Source of the DNA: Azolla caroliniana
Taxonomy: Eukaryota > Plantae > Polypodiophyta
Length of the DNA: 64,000 nucleotides
Reading direction: 5' to 3'
Assembly (NCBI GenBank): GCA_043228905.1
Contig: JBHGNT010000015.1
Span: 3,286,001-3,350,000, forward strand
The position numbers were made by a program, and so were the translations under genes. Each line of letters opens with the position of its first letter. Position 1 is the first letter of the stretch. Positions 14,201 through 28,700 of the stretch are shown in pieces. The notes under the pieces are model-generated. The model saw only the letters and a list, made by a program, of their open reading frames with translations. It was not told where the DNA came from and searched no databases.

Positions 14201-15482
14201 GTTAATGAATTAATTATTTTAATATAAATGCTTTTCTTTTTCTTTTTCTTTTTTTTTAATTAGTTTGGCTTAAATGTAGTGGGTTTAAACTTTTTGTTAA
14301 ATGGTTCAGTTTGGTTTTGACTTTTCTCTAAATGGTTTTAGTTTAATGGTTTGGTTTACCTTTTCTTAAATAGTTTGGTTAAAATGGCCTGAAAGTTCAT
14401 CAACTGTTTGTTTTGATTCTTGTTTTATATAATGGTTTGGTTTCAAGGCAAAGAAACCAAACCAAACCCATTGCTAGTCACGACATTAATGTGAAGGCCA
14501 GCTGATCCACAAGCCAAGTTAGATTACCAATTATTCAAGTCCATTTGTGACCTCTTTCTTCAATCGACGATTATGTTGCATTTTGTTTATATCTTCCTTT
14601 GTAGTTTCCGTCCCCTCCACCTAGTGTTCCATGCCTCACTTTGGAAACCCTACGGTTCTAGCTCCATTCCGAACCGCATTGGTGTCCCAACCCCACAATC
14701 AATCTTTTTGGTTTTAGCTTGATGATGTACAAAGACTACGTTGTTGAACCCATTTTGGGCTCATGGATCCTGGGTAACATGTTACGTTACCTTGTACTAG
14801 TTAGGCTATACACCAAGTGATCCGACTTGGAAAGATGTTGAGAGTCTCGCTCTCCAACAATTGTCCATGGACAACTGTTGCTTTTTTCCGTTGCGACCAT
14901 TATATGGCATGTCCATCCCTCCTTGGACACTTTACTAAGCATGTTTCAAGGGAAGTAATGAGATGTCATGGGAATTCCGTTGAAAGGAAATTAAAGAATG
15001 TGTCTAGAAATTTTTCAAAAGTTTGTTATTTTAAGACCTTACAAGTTTCTCGATTTGACAAAAGCTTCATTAAGAATTCCTCGTTGAATATTGTCTTAAA
15101 TATAAATAAGGACACGATAGTCAAGTGATTCATGAAATACATATACAAAATGCTCACTTGATCATTTATGTGCACTTGAACATTATCATCTGCCAAATTA
15201 ATTGGTCAATAAATATCTAATTTTCTTTGCGAAGAATTTGATTTTATGACAAGTAACACCACATTGAGTGTTAGGGTTAGAGCTTCATATGGCACAATAA
15301 TAACATCTTTATTTTGCACTCAAAATTGTGGATGAATTGTAATTTGCACGTGTTTCATAAGTGATTAAGAATGTGAACTATTAATGAGGGGTACTACCTA
15401 AATCTCCCTAAATGTTTCAAATATTTATAAATTTGTTCATTTGCGAAATTGCATTTGTGGACTTAGGTGAAACACGCAAAAG

Positions 15483-15904
15483 TGTTGAGAAGCGAGCTCA
15501 ACATGAGCTAGAACGGTGGAGAGCCAGATCGACGGGGAGCCGGTTGGCCGTTAGAGGCCTATGCTCCTAGTTTAGTAGGTAGTTATAGCATTAGGGGCGT
15601 ATATTCCTATGTTAGTAAATATAAATATTATGGGCCAAGTTAGTGTCTGGCTCATTCATGAGCATTCAAGTATTGACGGTACTTGTATCAACCCATTGTC
15701 AAGGTTTGTATAAAAGTGCTCTCTGAACACAGTCGTATGTACAAAGCGTATTATTTTGAATAGAGTCTTCTGCTCTCTCTGTCTCTCCCACGTTCTGTGT
15801 ATCTCCATTTTTCTTCTTTGTTTTCTTTGTTTTCTTTGTTTTCTTTGTTGTTGTCCGGCTGAGCCGGTTGTGTACTATTCTAGCATCCTCACATAATCTT
15901 TACA
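15483..15904 (+). mobile_element. Solo LTR related to the Copia A LTR family
   Basis: TGTTG...TTTACA ends and 5-bp TSD AAAAG (15478-15482 / 15905-15909). Shares TGTTGAGA..AGCTCAACA and GTATAAAAGTG..TGAACACA with 40506-40957. Confidence 0.9.
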
Positions 15905-16690
15905 AAAAGTATATTAGGCAATCACATGTATCACTTGGTCAAAGGCCGCCTTTTTATTGCAATCAAGGTCCATCTACATACGTAATTCACATCATGCATG
16001 AATGACTTCTTAGCCTAATCCAACACCTTATCTTCACTAATTAGCATGCATGCCAACTTTTTTTATTAAATTCCAATAGTCTATTGGATGATTTTATCAT
16101 TATTCGTTTCTAATTACAAATAGTAATAAATCAAAATTGCTATGGAACAACTTCGTATTTGACCAAGGTACTACTTTTTAAAGTAAACAAGCATATTATT
16201 CTAGTTTTTATAAATCTTCAAAATAATTACTTCATTTTCCAAAAAAATAAATTAATTGTTCATAACTTGTTTCCAAAGTTATGATTCTAGGGTTATTTTT
16301 CTTACCTTCCATAGAATACGACAATTCCTTGCAATGTTCATCCCACATAATATATTGTAATTTACATTGTCCTCACGTGTAGAATCATCAAAAGTCTTTC
16401 TTATTCGTGTTACTCTACAAGAACTTTATATTGGTTGCTAGTTTTCTATATATATTTCATGCATGCTCAATATGAAGAAATGTCTAAGTTGATAAGAGAA
16501 TCTTGGAAAAAGTGTGCCTTGTGTTAAAGACAACGATGTATGGGTAAGTGGAGAGGCCGCGCTATCGCGTGGATAATACAAGTTACAAGTAAGTGAAGCA
16601 AGCAACCTTTGGTTGAAAATCCAACATATATTTTTATTGTAGGCAAGTCTATATATAAATGCTCTATTGTAGGAAGGCATGTTTATTCAA

Positions 16691-17667
16691 ATGGAAGGTA
16701 AAGGTGTAGGATACATCGTTTCCCCCCATCCAGGTGGGTTTATAAGAGTTTGGTGCATGTGCGTGAATTCTATCTATGAATGTTAAGTATTGGGTGTAAA
16801 ATTGAGTCTTGTATCATTACCATGTGCTCATGTACATGCATTATGCATACTTGTTTATATGTGTGTGCATTCTATCTATGGATGTAATTGAGTCTTGTAT
16901 CACTACCATGTGCTCATGTACATGCATGCACACCGAATGAAATAAAAGAACAAGGGAAGTGATGGGCATTGCTCCAAAAACAACAGTTTATGATAAACAT
17001 AAAGAGGTGACAATTATTAAAGAAAATTGATGGTATGTGCTTGTAAGAAAAGAGCATAGCAGAGAATAGCACAAGTGATGTCTTGCATCCTTAATTGGGG
17101 CTTGCACATATCCAAAAATAATGAATGAATATGTGTGAATGTGCCTTGTTATAGTTTGTTTGTTCATAGATGATATTTCATGTATGAGATAATGGATGAC
17201 TATGAGATGCAGTTATTTTCTCCTTATCAAGATTGTTTTGTGTATATTTGATGCTCATTGGATATTTTGTTAGCAGGGGGTGGCTATCCCGAACAACAAT
17301 TTGTTGCGCCACCACCCACAACTACCAACAAGCAACCAATGAGCAACACCCAATCTAAAGACTTTGGACTTCTTGGTTGTTGGTAAATTCAAACCATTGC
17401 ATTGAAAAATAAAACTCGTCCTGTTTGTGCATGCATAAATAGTTATGTGTACTGCACAAATCCGTGCATGTATCTATGTATGTCCACATAGTTATGACTC
17501 ATCTCTGTCTATACACACACACACACACACACACACATACACACTCCCATGCTTTTTTGCTACATGTTTGGGTTATGTATTTGTACCTCGCTTTATGTTT
17601 TCTTTTGGTTTTTGATAGCTTGGCTGCCCTTTGTTGCTGGTGTATTGTTGATGCTTGTTGCGGCTAA
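16691..17667 (+). CDS. Cysteine-rich transmembrane module (CYSTM) small protein, 66 aa; exons 16691-16733, 17274-17382, 17619-17667
   Basis: Spliced product MEGKGVGYIVSPHPAGGGYPEQQFVAPPPTTTNKQPMSNTQSKDFGLLGCCLAALCCWCIVDACCG*, with a Pro/Gln/Tyr-rich N-terminus and CYSTM C-terminus. GT-AG introns, 201 nt in frame, TATATAAA at ~16652. Confidence 0.88.
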
Positions 17668-18199
17668 GCTTGATTTAAAGCCCTTAACGACATCTTCTCA
17701 TGTTCATATTTCTTACATTCACTAATATTTAATCTCTTTATTCAATCCATGTTGTTCATTGAAATGCCTATTTTAAAGGAAAACAGACAAGAATAAAGTT
17801 TTAATCCTATATGTTTTATTCCAACCTCTTGAAATGGTAGCAATTAAATATCGTCAAACCTATAACCATCATTGACTTTATAAATTCATACAATGACTTG
17901 GAGAGGAACCTTACTCATGTTCCTTTATATTAAAACTATAATTATGTTCTAGTTTGTAAGTTGAGTGAAATTTGACAATCTTGCAACATGTTAATTCTCA
18001 TTTGAGTCTAACATTATATAACTTATTTTGCTATTATCATCCTTATTAAAGTAAATGCTCGTTCTTTCATCTCTCATGCTTTATATATAAGCTTCGATGT
18101 ATCGGTTGAGGGATAATAAAATTATTAGGCCTCTTTCATGTCGATGAAAAATCAAACATTTCTTGATTAGAACCATAACACTTCATGACAAAATATCAT

Positions 18200-21100
18200 C
18201 AAGGACTAATCAACATCTTAGCCTATTGTGTTAAGATCACGAGTCCCTATGTCAATATGTGAAAGATGTCAGTAGCCCATTTTAGAAGGGCATCCATTGT
18301 AAATAAGATTGTGGTAGGTGCCTCTTTGTCTACACTAATAGGATCTTCTCCACTATTTAGCATAGAGAGTGGTAAACTATGACATGATCTCCTTTACATT
18401 TTTTGTAATAGTTTATTATATGGAACAAGCTATCTATTATCGAGCACCATAATCACCCCTAATCTTAGATTGCTATTGTAATAAGTAAGTTAAATTATGG
18501 ACATTTTGGTTTAAAATACTAAATTATTAAAGATTGCAATGGTGAATCAATACAAAGTGACAATTTTAGTACCAATGACTCAACCATGTCCCTATGGTGA
18601 TAAAGAGGAGTTATTTCTATGCTTGTTTGAGGATTATCCTCACACAACCATCTTATCAAGCTATCAATATTGTATGGTAATATGATTGACAAGGACTAAA
18701 ATATAGTTGAATTCCTTAGTTAACCATGAGTGTCAATTTTTGCAATGGGAAATTAGCCAACCCTGTAAGATATACAAAGATACCTCTAACTTGCTCTTCT
18801 ATATCAAACATGTGGTAGTTTACAATGAATAAAGAACAATCGTGACAACATTCACCTTTGATGAAAACACTACGTGATTGCCTCATGAAGTCATATCCAA
18901 CTCTATTGAGCCCATCATGCCAATTTGACAAACCCTACCCTGAATAACACTTGCCAACCCTAATTACCTTGTCCCATCCCAAAAGCGGAAGTCAAATTAT
19001 TTCCCTACCCCAAAAGTTGGGATGACAATGACATCAAGGGTCATCTCATTATCTTCATCACAACCTAGTAAGTGAATCATGTCATTGAGTGGATCAATCA
19101 GAAGGACATACATGCATCCCAATTTGTTGAGTTTAGCTTATCACTAGATTGTCAAGACACAAGTGGTACAAGAATTTCCAATGGGTCACTTTCATAGTAG
19201 TGATATCATTCAAATAAATTTTTTGTGGATGTTTGACCACAAAATCCCACTAAAGGAAACCCACATGCTCTTTTATGCAACTTGTCAATCCCTTCAAGAG
19301 GGCTTGCTGCAATTCATCTTACGGTTTTGACAATCATACCAAAAACAACTACATGTTACATTGGAGGTTATAATTGGACATAGACAAATGTTCAAGATCA
19401 ATAAAGAATTTGCTTAACATTAAGATTAGAAATAACTTTAAAACATAGTCACAATGTAAAAGAGGAAGATGATGAATGCAAATTGCCAAAAATATAAAAG
19501 AAGCATAAAAGTAAATGTAATTTTTAGTTTGGAGAACACTCTCTCCCCCCATAACTAGAGCATCCAATCTCCTACATCATTAATCTCACCCACCCACCCT
19601 CCTTAATCTCTTCAATGTTACTTAGCCATTGTACCATCATCTTCACGAGCTTGAGGGGAATCGTGATTCTAAAAGTTGAGGAATGCAAGGACTTGGTTGG
19701 CCACATCTCTTTTGCAATTTTTTCTAAATGTTGCCTTTGTTTATGGTGAATAACATTTAAATTAAGTCTATTAACATGTTTCAATGATAAGTGTTTCCAT
19801 CTAAGGTTAATAAGATTAATAGTCATTTAGAAAGTTTCCTATAAAAAATTGGATGATTATTAGAATGCTCGGAGGCGGGATTGGCACCCACTCATAGACT
19901 GAAAAACATTTATGGTTTCACCTTTATGATTCTTCCTTATTGATTAATATCACAAATTTGTCCCATTCACACTTGTGAGGATAACTACTTAATCTCAATG
20001 GAGATGTTGGAAGTATGGGACAATAGAGTGATGGGGGTTGGAGTAGAACAAAGGGTTTGAGGAAAAGGGAGAGTGTTGGTTGCAAGGGATATTAAGGATG
20101 AAATTCTTTGTTGAAACGTGGTAAGTCTTTGATTGAATTTGCGTGGAGGTTGATGGAAAGGGCTTGAGGTGAGGTAGAGGAAGTTGCGTGGTTAACGCAA
20201 CGTTTTTGAAATATGAGATGTGAAGGTGAAAATTTGAGGGATCGCATCAACAAAGTTACAAACCATGTATGCATCATATGTCGTGAAGAAATGGTTAAGG
20301 GGACGTGACTAAAATCGTAGGGAAAACAAAAAAACATGTCTAACATGGACGCAAAATTGTGGAGGTATAATGAGTAACACTTGGGCACACATCCATAGTT
20401 TGACGATGTAGAGTTTGGTGGGGATGCATTTGAGATTGAATGAAACACCATCAAGGATGGTAAAAAAGATGAAACACACGGTATCAAAGGCGAGGAAAGG
20501 AGGATTCAGTTGAGAGTGATGAAATAGTTAGAAGTTGAATGTCACAATCAAGAATATAAAGGCGATCCCAAGTGAAGTCAACCTGATCCATAACATACCT
20601 TATTTATCCAACTTCATATATTGGAGAGGTTTGGGGAAGCTTTGCAAATAAACAAAAGCAAAGCACACCTGTTTTGTGTGGTGTGGAAATTTGAGTAGGC
20701 TCGATAGTGATGGAGAGGATAGAAAGTGGGCGAGTACAGACGATGTCGAGTGGATTAGTCAAGAGTTAGTGATGAAAATGATGACCTTGGGTGTGTTGAA
20801 AATAATGAGAGGTGCCAAGCCAAAGAAGCCACGTGGCTTGGATAGAGTAATTGTCACTTTCAGCTAGATGACTTCAACGTATGTATCAACACTACATATC
20901 GATATCCAAGGTGTTATCATGAAAAAGCCAGTTTGTTGCATTGCATCCAAGCATATTATTCGAGCTCCACATCACTTCATTCACCGTTGCATAACTTCCA
21001 AAGCAACCCCACCTTTGAGAAAGTTGTTGATGAACTAACCAAATGTATCCTGCCGAAACAATTTGTGGGTTCCTTGCTCTCCTTGAACTCTAGCAAATTT

Positions 21101-21200
21101 CGAATTCCTAAGCGTCTCCGACACTTTCAAGCAATTGTGAGTTTTCTTGTCATTCAAGAATGATGTTTTATGGATTTTTTATAAACTTATGACATTGTGT
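18200..21200 (-). mobile_element. Very decayed element, possibly an L1-type LINE
   Basis: Only faint RT/EN-like fragments and no intact motif; boundaries are uncertain. Confidence 0.3.
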
Positions 21201-22738
21201 ATATGCCCATTATAGGGACGTTTCAAAATAGAATGTCTATTTATATGCACTTGTAATGACATTGTACAAACTTGCATTTGCTCCTTTAACATTTTTGAGT
21301 TAATTCAATTAGGGCTTTGTATTGGATTATACAATAAACTAATGTTTTTTTCTTGTCATAATCACTCTTTGTGTGTGTGCTCCATCATTATCTCTCATGC
21401 TAGTCATTACAATCATAGTTTTTTGTGTTGTATTTACAAACTTTCTCATGAGATCTTCCCAACACAACACCAAGGGGTGTGTTTTTTTAGTTTTTCGGCG
21501 AGGATGGCGAGTTTCGTTCTCCAAGCTCGCATACTATACTTGTGGCGAGGTTTCAAGGTTTTGTGTGTGGAGCATTGTGTCTACTAATGCATTGTCATAT
21601 CGATCCTCTAATGCTTTTTTAGTTATTGGGTGGCCAACAAGTAGAATGCTTGTTGTATTTATGCTTGTTCATAGAATGTTGTCATTGGGTTATGGTGACT
21701 CCTAGGTGCAAGGGATGAGCAACATGGCTATCAATTGTGATTTTGGTGGTTTGCAGCTCAATTATGGTACGAGGTGGTTGATGTTCGAGATCATATTTTG
21801 ACATTTGACATTCAATAGTGTCAGTGGTATTTTGCTTCGACTTTAATGATTGATTGGAGCTGAGTGTGTGATTAGGTTAGGACATTGTTTACATTTGGCC
21901 TCGGGTGAATGTTGTTATTATGATGTTTGATAATGTCATAACACTTGAGAGGACATTGGAGTGACGGGAAGATATATCACTTTGAGGCTTGGTGCTCCAA
22001 ATTGAATGTCTCTTTTAGCCATTTGGTGTGACGACTCAATGTTTTGCACATGGTGTAATTGGTTGGAATTCTTCATTGAGTCTTGGTGGAGGTAGTGTAC
22101 CTTGGCCTACGATGGTTAATGCACCACAAACCTAAAGTTCACACCAATATATTGATACAAGAACGATTGGGATATCTAAATTATCGAGTTCATTTAATAC
22201 AAATGTATCTCACATCCATATAATGCAAATTGAAGAATACAAACGGATCCATAATCAATCACGTAGGTGCACTCAAGAGGATTGGAGGTTATAAGTGGAC
22301 ATCCTCTTGTTGGAGGGAACTTTGTTGATAGAGCCATGTAAATGGATCTCTCTTAGCGTCTTAAGATGTGTGACTCTTTGCATTGTCTATGGATTAGATA
22401 TTGTCCTTCTAGAGATACCAATGCATATATTCTTTACATAATTTATCATCGAGTCTGAGCAAATTGGCTTATCGAGTCATTTTTTGTACCTCATTACAAT
22501 ATCTTTCCTTGATTTATATTGGTATCAATTGTTTTGTGGAGATGTAACTTATTTGGTTTCATATGTCATTTTAATCTTTTGAAGATGTTGATATTACATC
22601 TCATCTCATTCCTTTCTCTTTCTTATATTAGGATTCAACCCTAGTGATTAGCCATGTGTTCAATAAACGAATAACTCGTAAATATATCTTATTTATTCTG
22701 ACACATGTATCCACAATAGTTATGAAAGGAGTCCCACT

Positions 22739-25700
22739 TAGGGATTGACAACGGTTCGGTTTAGGCTTAGCTGGTTTGGCCTTATCCAAGTGTTAAGAGT
22801 CTATTACTAATCAATAGACCAAACTAAAGTAAAAGAAGGAAAATAGAATGGACAGAAGAACTCGTTTCACCCGACCACCCCGAGCTATGATCTAGACATA
22901 ACCAACCTACTGCCGACGTCCCATACCGCCGGATATTAGGATGACTAATACCTTGGAAGAGATAAACTCGATCGTCGAGATGAAAGCCTAGCCCGCACCA
23001 TCGATGTCTAAGACAACAACCTTCCGACGTAATGTGCTTATGAGGGTAGCTAAGCCTCATATTTATACCTTTTCCTAGGCCCCTTGAATAGATGTGCCTT
23101 TCTAAAAGGGTCTCCATTCATTGGTTGCCCAAATCATGATAGTGCATGCACCCATCATTCCTTCTATCCAATCATATTAGCCCCCTTTTTAACATTAGTG
23201 AACATACCCTTCACTAATGTAAATATTAGTGACCTACCCTCACCAACGTTATGTGTACATAACATACTCCCCTACTTTAAAAGATCGCACTCTTGCAATA
23301 TAAAGCGAGGAAATTATGTGTTAAGAGTATGCTCGTGTTCCCATGTGGCATCATCAATAGGTTTATCCATCCATTTGATCTTGAATAGCCGAATATCTTT
23401 AGAACATAAATGTTTAGTATGAGAATCAAGAATTCGTTTAGGAACATGAGGTTTGTAAGAAAAATCCTCTAATGTTACAAGATCTTGGATTGTGATGGTG
23501 TTATCACCAGAGCCTAAAAATGGTTTTAGACGACTAACGTGAAAAACAGGATGAATACCAACGTTACGGGGTAAGGCAAGGTGATAAGCAGATGACCCAA
23601 CTCGCTTAAGGATTTCAAATGGGCCACAATATCGCGGGGCTAACTTAGCGCACTTGCCTGTAGACAATGACGTAGAGTCAGTAGGGACACGCAAAAAAAC
23701 GTTTTGACCAATAGTAAATGCACGAGGACGTCTCTCCTGATCAACATAAAATCAAGCACGATCTTGAGCTGTCTTGACATTTTCTTTGGCAATATGCAAC
23801 ATTTGGTTCATGTCTTGCAAAAAATTGCGTGTACTGTCTAATGTATCACGATGAATCATAACATCAACTAGGGCACGTGGCTGAAAACCATACATTAACA
23901 TAAAAGGACTATATCCAGTGGATGTATGTTTAGAGCTATTATAGGCAAATTCTAAGATAGGAAGGCATTGCTCCCACTTAGAAGGGGCTTTTGCTACATA
24001 AGCTCGAAGCATGTCCTCAATAATTTGATTAACTCGTTCAGTTTGTCCATCAGATTGAGGATGATCTGAGGAATTCATGCTCAACGTAGTTTCTAGTTTC
24101 TTAAAGACTTGAGTCCAAAAGTCACTAGTAAACTTGGAATCCCGATAACTAACAATATCCATTGGTGATCCATAAAAACGAAGTAACTCATCAACAAATT
24201 GATAAGCCAATTGTTGAGAGGTTACCATGGTTTTGGTAGGAATAAATCTAATCAATTTTGTTAGTCAGTCAATGACAACCCAAATGGCATCATGACCCCT
24301 CTGTGTACGAGGTAAACTAACAATAAAATCCATCAAGATACTTTCCCATTTGTTGTTGGGAATATCTAAGGGATGTAAAAGACCAACAACTTTAAGTTGT
24401 TTCAACTTATTAATCTGACATTGTAAGCATTGAGTTATGTATTTATGCATGTCAGACGCATCTTAGGCCAGAAAAAAGTACTCGAGATGAGAACAAGTGT
24501 GCGTTGTATTCCAGGATGACCCACAGATGGTGCATCATGACATTCATGAAGAATTTTTTGTTTTACATTTGGTAAATTTGGAACACAGACCTTTCCACTA
24601 CGGTAGAGCAAATCGTTTGTAATGTGAAAGGTCAGCTTCGAGGGTAGGGTGCTAGTAATGACATCTAATCCATATTCGACTTTCGTCCAGTATTTTGAGA
24701 AATATATGTCATCAAGGTATTTCCCTCGAAGGTGATCTAAAAGATCAGATTTTATTTCCGTGAAGCTAAGCATGTTAACTTCTTTAATGTGACTAAAAGC
24801 ATCAACAATGGTGTTCATAGAACCCTTGCGATACCGTATGGAAAAATCAAAATTGTGCATAAGGTCAGCCCAACGGCCTTTACAACTAACAAGATCTGGC
24901 TGGTCACAAAAATACTTCAATGATTGATAGTCCGTTGTAACCACAAATTTATTTGCATAGAGATAGTGCCTCCATGTTTTAAGTGCATGTATTACCACAA
25001 ACAACTCTTTCTCTTGAACCGAATACTGAGATTGAGGAACATCAAGCTTCTTACTTTCAAAAGCAATAGGGTGACCGCCTTGATAAAGAACGACACCAAT
25101 AGCATAACCACTAGCATCGGTTTTGATTGAGAAAGGCTTAGAAGGGTCCGGTAATAGAAGAGCGGGAGCCTGACATACATGCTCTTTGAGTGTCTCAAAT
25201 GATTTCTCCAGTTGTTCATTTCATGCAATCGGTTTGACAAACTTACGTGGATGATCTTTTAAAAGGTTAGTTAATGGCGTAGTCAATTTGGAATAGTCAC
25301 GAATTGATTTTCGTAAAAATCCAACAAACCCTAAGAATGATTGCAATTCACGAATATTACGAGGAATGGGCCAAAGTTTAACCTTTTCAATACGAGAAGG
25401 TTCAATTTCAACGCCATTTTCCGTAATTAAATGACCTAGGTACACAATAGATTTTTGGAAAAAATCACATTTTGAATGTTTTGCATAGTAAGAGTTGTCA
25501 TGCAACTTTTGCAAAACAAATTGAACATGTTGAACATGATCTTGCAAGGTACAACTATATATCAAAATATCATCCAAGAAGACGACAACAAAATCACCAT
25601 GTTGATCTTGGAAAATGTCATTCATCGCTTGTTGGAATGTGGCTGGAGCATTAGTCAACCTGAAAGGCATGACTAAAAACTCATAATGGCCGCGTACAAA

Positions 25701-28700
25701 AAACGGTTTTAGGAATATCATCCTCAACAATGCGAATATGATGATAACTTGTTTGTAAGTCGATTTTCCTAAAATATCGGGCCCCATGCAAATGATCAAT
25801 CAAATCATTGGCACGAGGTAACGAATATGCATTTTTAATTGTCATTTTATTCAAATGGTGATAATTGATACACATTCGCCATGAACTTTCCTTCTTCTTA
25901 ACTAGTAGAACTGGCGTACCCCAAGGTGATTTACTATACCTAATGTGGCCCATACTCAATTATTCCGTAAGTTGTTTAACGATCTCATTCTCTTCTAATC
26001 AACTAAGTCGGTAAGGTGGAATGCTCACAGGAGCAGCACCGAGGACAAGTTCAATTTGATGGTCCACATTACGTTTTGGTGGTAAAGTAAGCGGCAATTC
26101 GTTAGGAAACACGTCTTGAAAATCGTCTAAAATAGAGTCTAGTAATCGTTGTTCATAATGTGGTAATTGTGTGGCGTCATTATTAAAATAGTAAAATTGA
26201 AGCACATGATCCATCACACATGAATAAATTAATGAACTAGAATACTCACTTAAAGATTTAGAAGACACAAGTGAACAAGAAGGAAGTTTGGAACATTGAA
26301 TAAAATGTTTACAATTATTAAGTTCAAATGTGATCGAGTGATTAACCCAATCAATGGACAAAGAAGGGTTTTTGTTAAAATACCAAGGGTATCCTATAAT
26401 GACATCTACGGATTGTAGTTTCATAACATGAAAGTCTAGTTTCTCCAAATAGGTATCTATTTGAATTGGCCGTTGACAAACAATGCTACTGATGTATTGA
26501 ATGCTTCCATTTGCCATGTGAACTTGATAGATATGATCACTTGCGTTTATGTGGAGTTCCATTTGCCACACAAAGTGATCATTAAGAAAATTGTGAGAAC
26601 TACCGGAATCAAATAAAAAATGTGCTTGTGTTCCATTGATTTACCCGACTACTCGGAGTAAATCATTAGGTCCAAGTAAATGTGAAGGAAAAGTGCATTC
26701 ACATGAACTTAATGGTTGGTATGAACTTCAACAACATAAAAAAACTCATCCGTGTGACTCGTAGATTTGTCTTGAGGAGGGTTGTTCATTAACTTCCTCT
26801 CAAGACGACAACATGTATCCTTTGTGTGGCCCCACTTCTTGCAATATGCACAGAAGAGGTTCAGTTTCTTGGAGTCGCGGTCAAGAGTGTCACTGGATTG
26901 CTTATGTTTCCCAATGAACTTGACATTCGGAGTTTTCGCGAACTCAGGTTTATTGTGGTTTTTCTTGGAAGTCCTATGGTACCGAAGTACAATGTTGACA
27001 GTTTCCTCGAAAGTTGTGGGGTCCTTGTCATGGAAAATCCAATGGTAATCCCCATTGGGAATACCATTAAAAAAGAAAGCAACAAACCATTTCTCACCCG
27101 TAAGTCCCAATTTTTGGATCTGGGACCGAGTATGATGCACATAAACCTCAAGAGAGGTAAATGACTTACTCGACAACGTGAGCAAGTGTTGCGCTTGTTC
27201 AGTTTGAGAAGGTGGCTGCAAAAATTGTTTCTTAAAAACATCAACGAAACCTTCCCAAGTTGTGGGTAAGTTCTTTGCAGTCCTTAGGCCGCGCCACCAA
27301 GTAGTAGCTCGCCCACCTAACTCACGACCGACATAACCAATTTTTACAACATCGGGCTTGGGGTGGAACTCAAAGTGAGACTCCCAATGACCAAGCCAAG
27401 TGCTAATGGCCTCCTCGGTTCTTTCTTTCTTATCTCCCTTGAATGGCGTTACTACCAAAGAAGGTTCACCTTCTTTCTTGGACTCAATAGTCAATTCTTG
27501 GAATTTATTTTCCAATGCCATATTGGCTTGCCTCATTTCGGCCAATTGATTCAAGGTAGTAGTGAGCAATTGCTCAATAGTGATCTTAGCTTGTATGCGA
27601 GATGCCGATTAGAGTTGAGAGGTCTTGGTCGGAGAGATCGCTCCAACAACGTTCAAAACATGTTCCATGATGCAAGTTGTGGGTATGCAATATAAATAAG
27701 GAGGTTCAGAAAATACACAAGCAAAATGAATGCTTGAATTTTTTATTGTAAGAACTTTACCAAGAAATCATCTCACGTCTTTACCCCTCTAGACATATGA
27801 GATGTGATTTGAGATTCGATAACTATGGTAACACTATGGTGTTTTAAAAACCATGGGGGAAAACGTAGCTAAGATGTCTTTCTCGGATCTCTATCTTGAA
27901 TAATCATGGCGGCTCCCCGAGGCTTAACCATGCTTCTAACATCAATGTAGTTTCCTAGTTAGCTTTATATTACAATGCCAACCCAACATGTATTGATATG
28001 GTCAAGAAAGTGTATTACGTGAAAAAACAAGTGCACTCGCAAGTAATATTCTAGTCTTGTGAGTAGCAAGCAAATGTTATGAAAAAGAGAGAAAAAGAAG
28101 TCACTATCTATAAGAGTCAAGAAGTGACAAAAACAAGGTTCAAAAACCATGCGTTGTCTACTAAAAAATAATACCACCAATAAATAGATGGTGCGAGGTA
28201 TACACATATCCATCCCAATATGGCGATTGGAATGTACACAATTGTGACATAAACCACAAGTTGATACAAATGGTGGTGGTGGTGTGCGCAAAGATGTAGT
28301 ACTCAAATTTATGAGTAAAACATTAATAGGGGGAACTCATGTGTTTTTAATTGAGTTCTAAGGCTCGATTACATGAGTCAAACCCAGAGAACACTTTAGA
28401 AAAAATGTTCAAAAAGCGGCATGATGCCCACTCAATATTAAAATTTAGTCTACATGAATCGTTACACCATTAAACGTTGTCGTGAAGATTTTTGCCAATG
28501 GTGTGAAAATTGCGAGGAATGTCCAAAATTGAGTGTGGTTCTTCACACAAGACATGAAACAATGATAGTGAAGATACTATTTAAAATAAGTTTAATATCT
28601 TGGCACAAAAAGATGGAGGTCTTGAAGAGCTTTTGAATGCACTGTGCTACAATAACAAACGGTCAACTAAGTGTGAAGTTATGTGGGTATGAAGTTGCGA

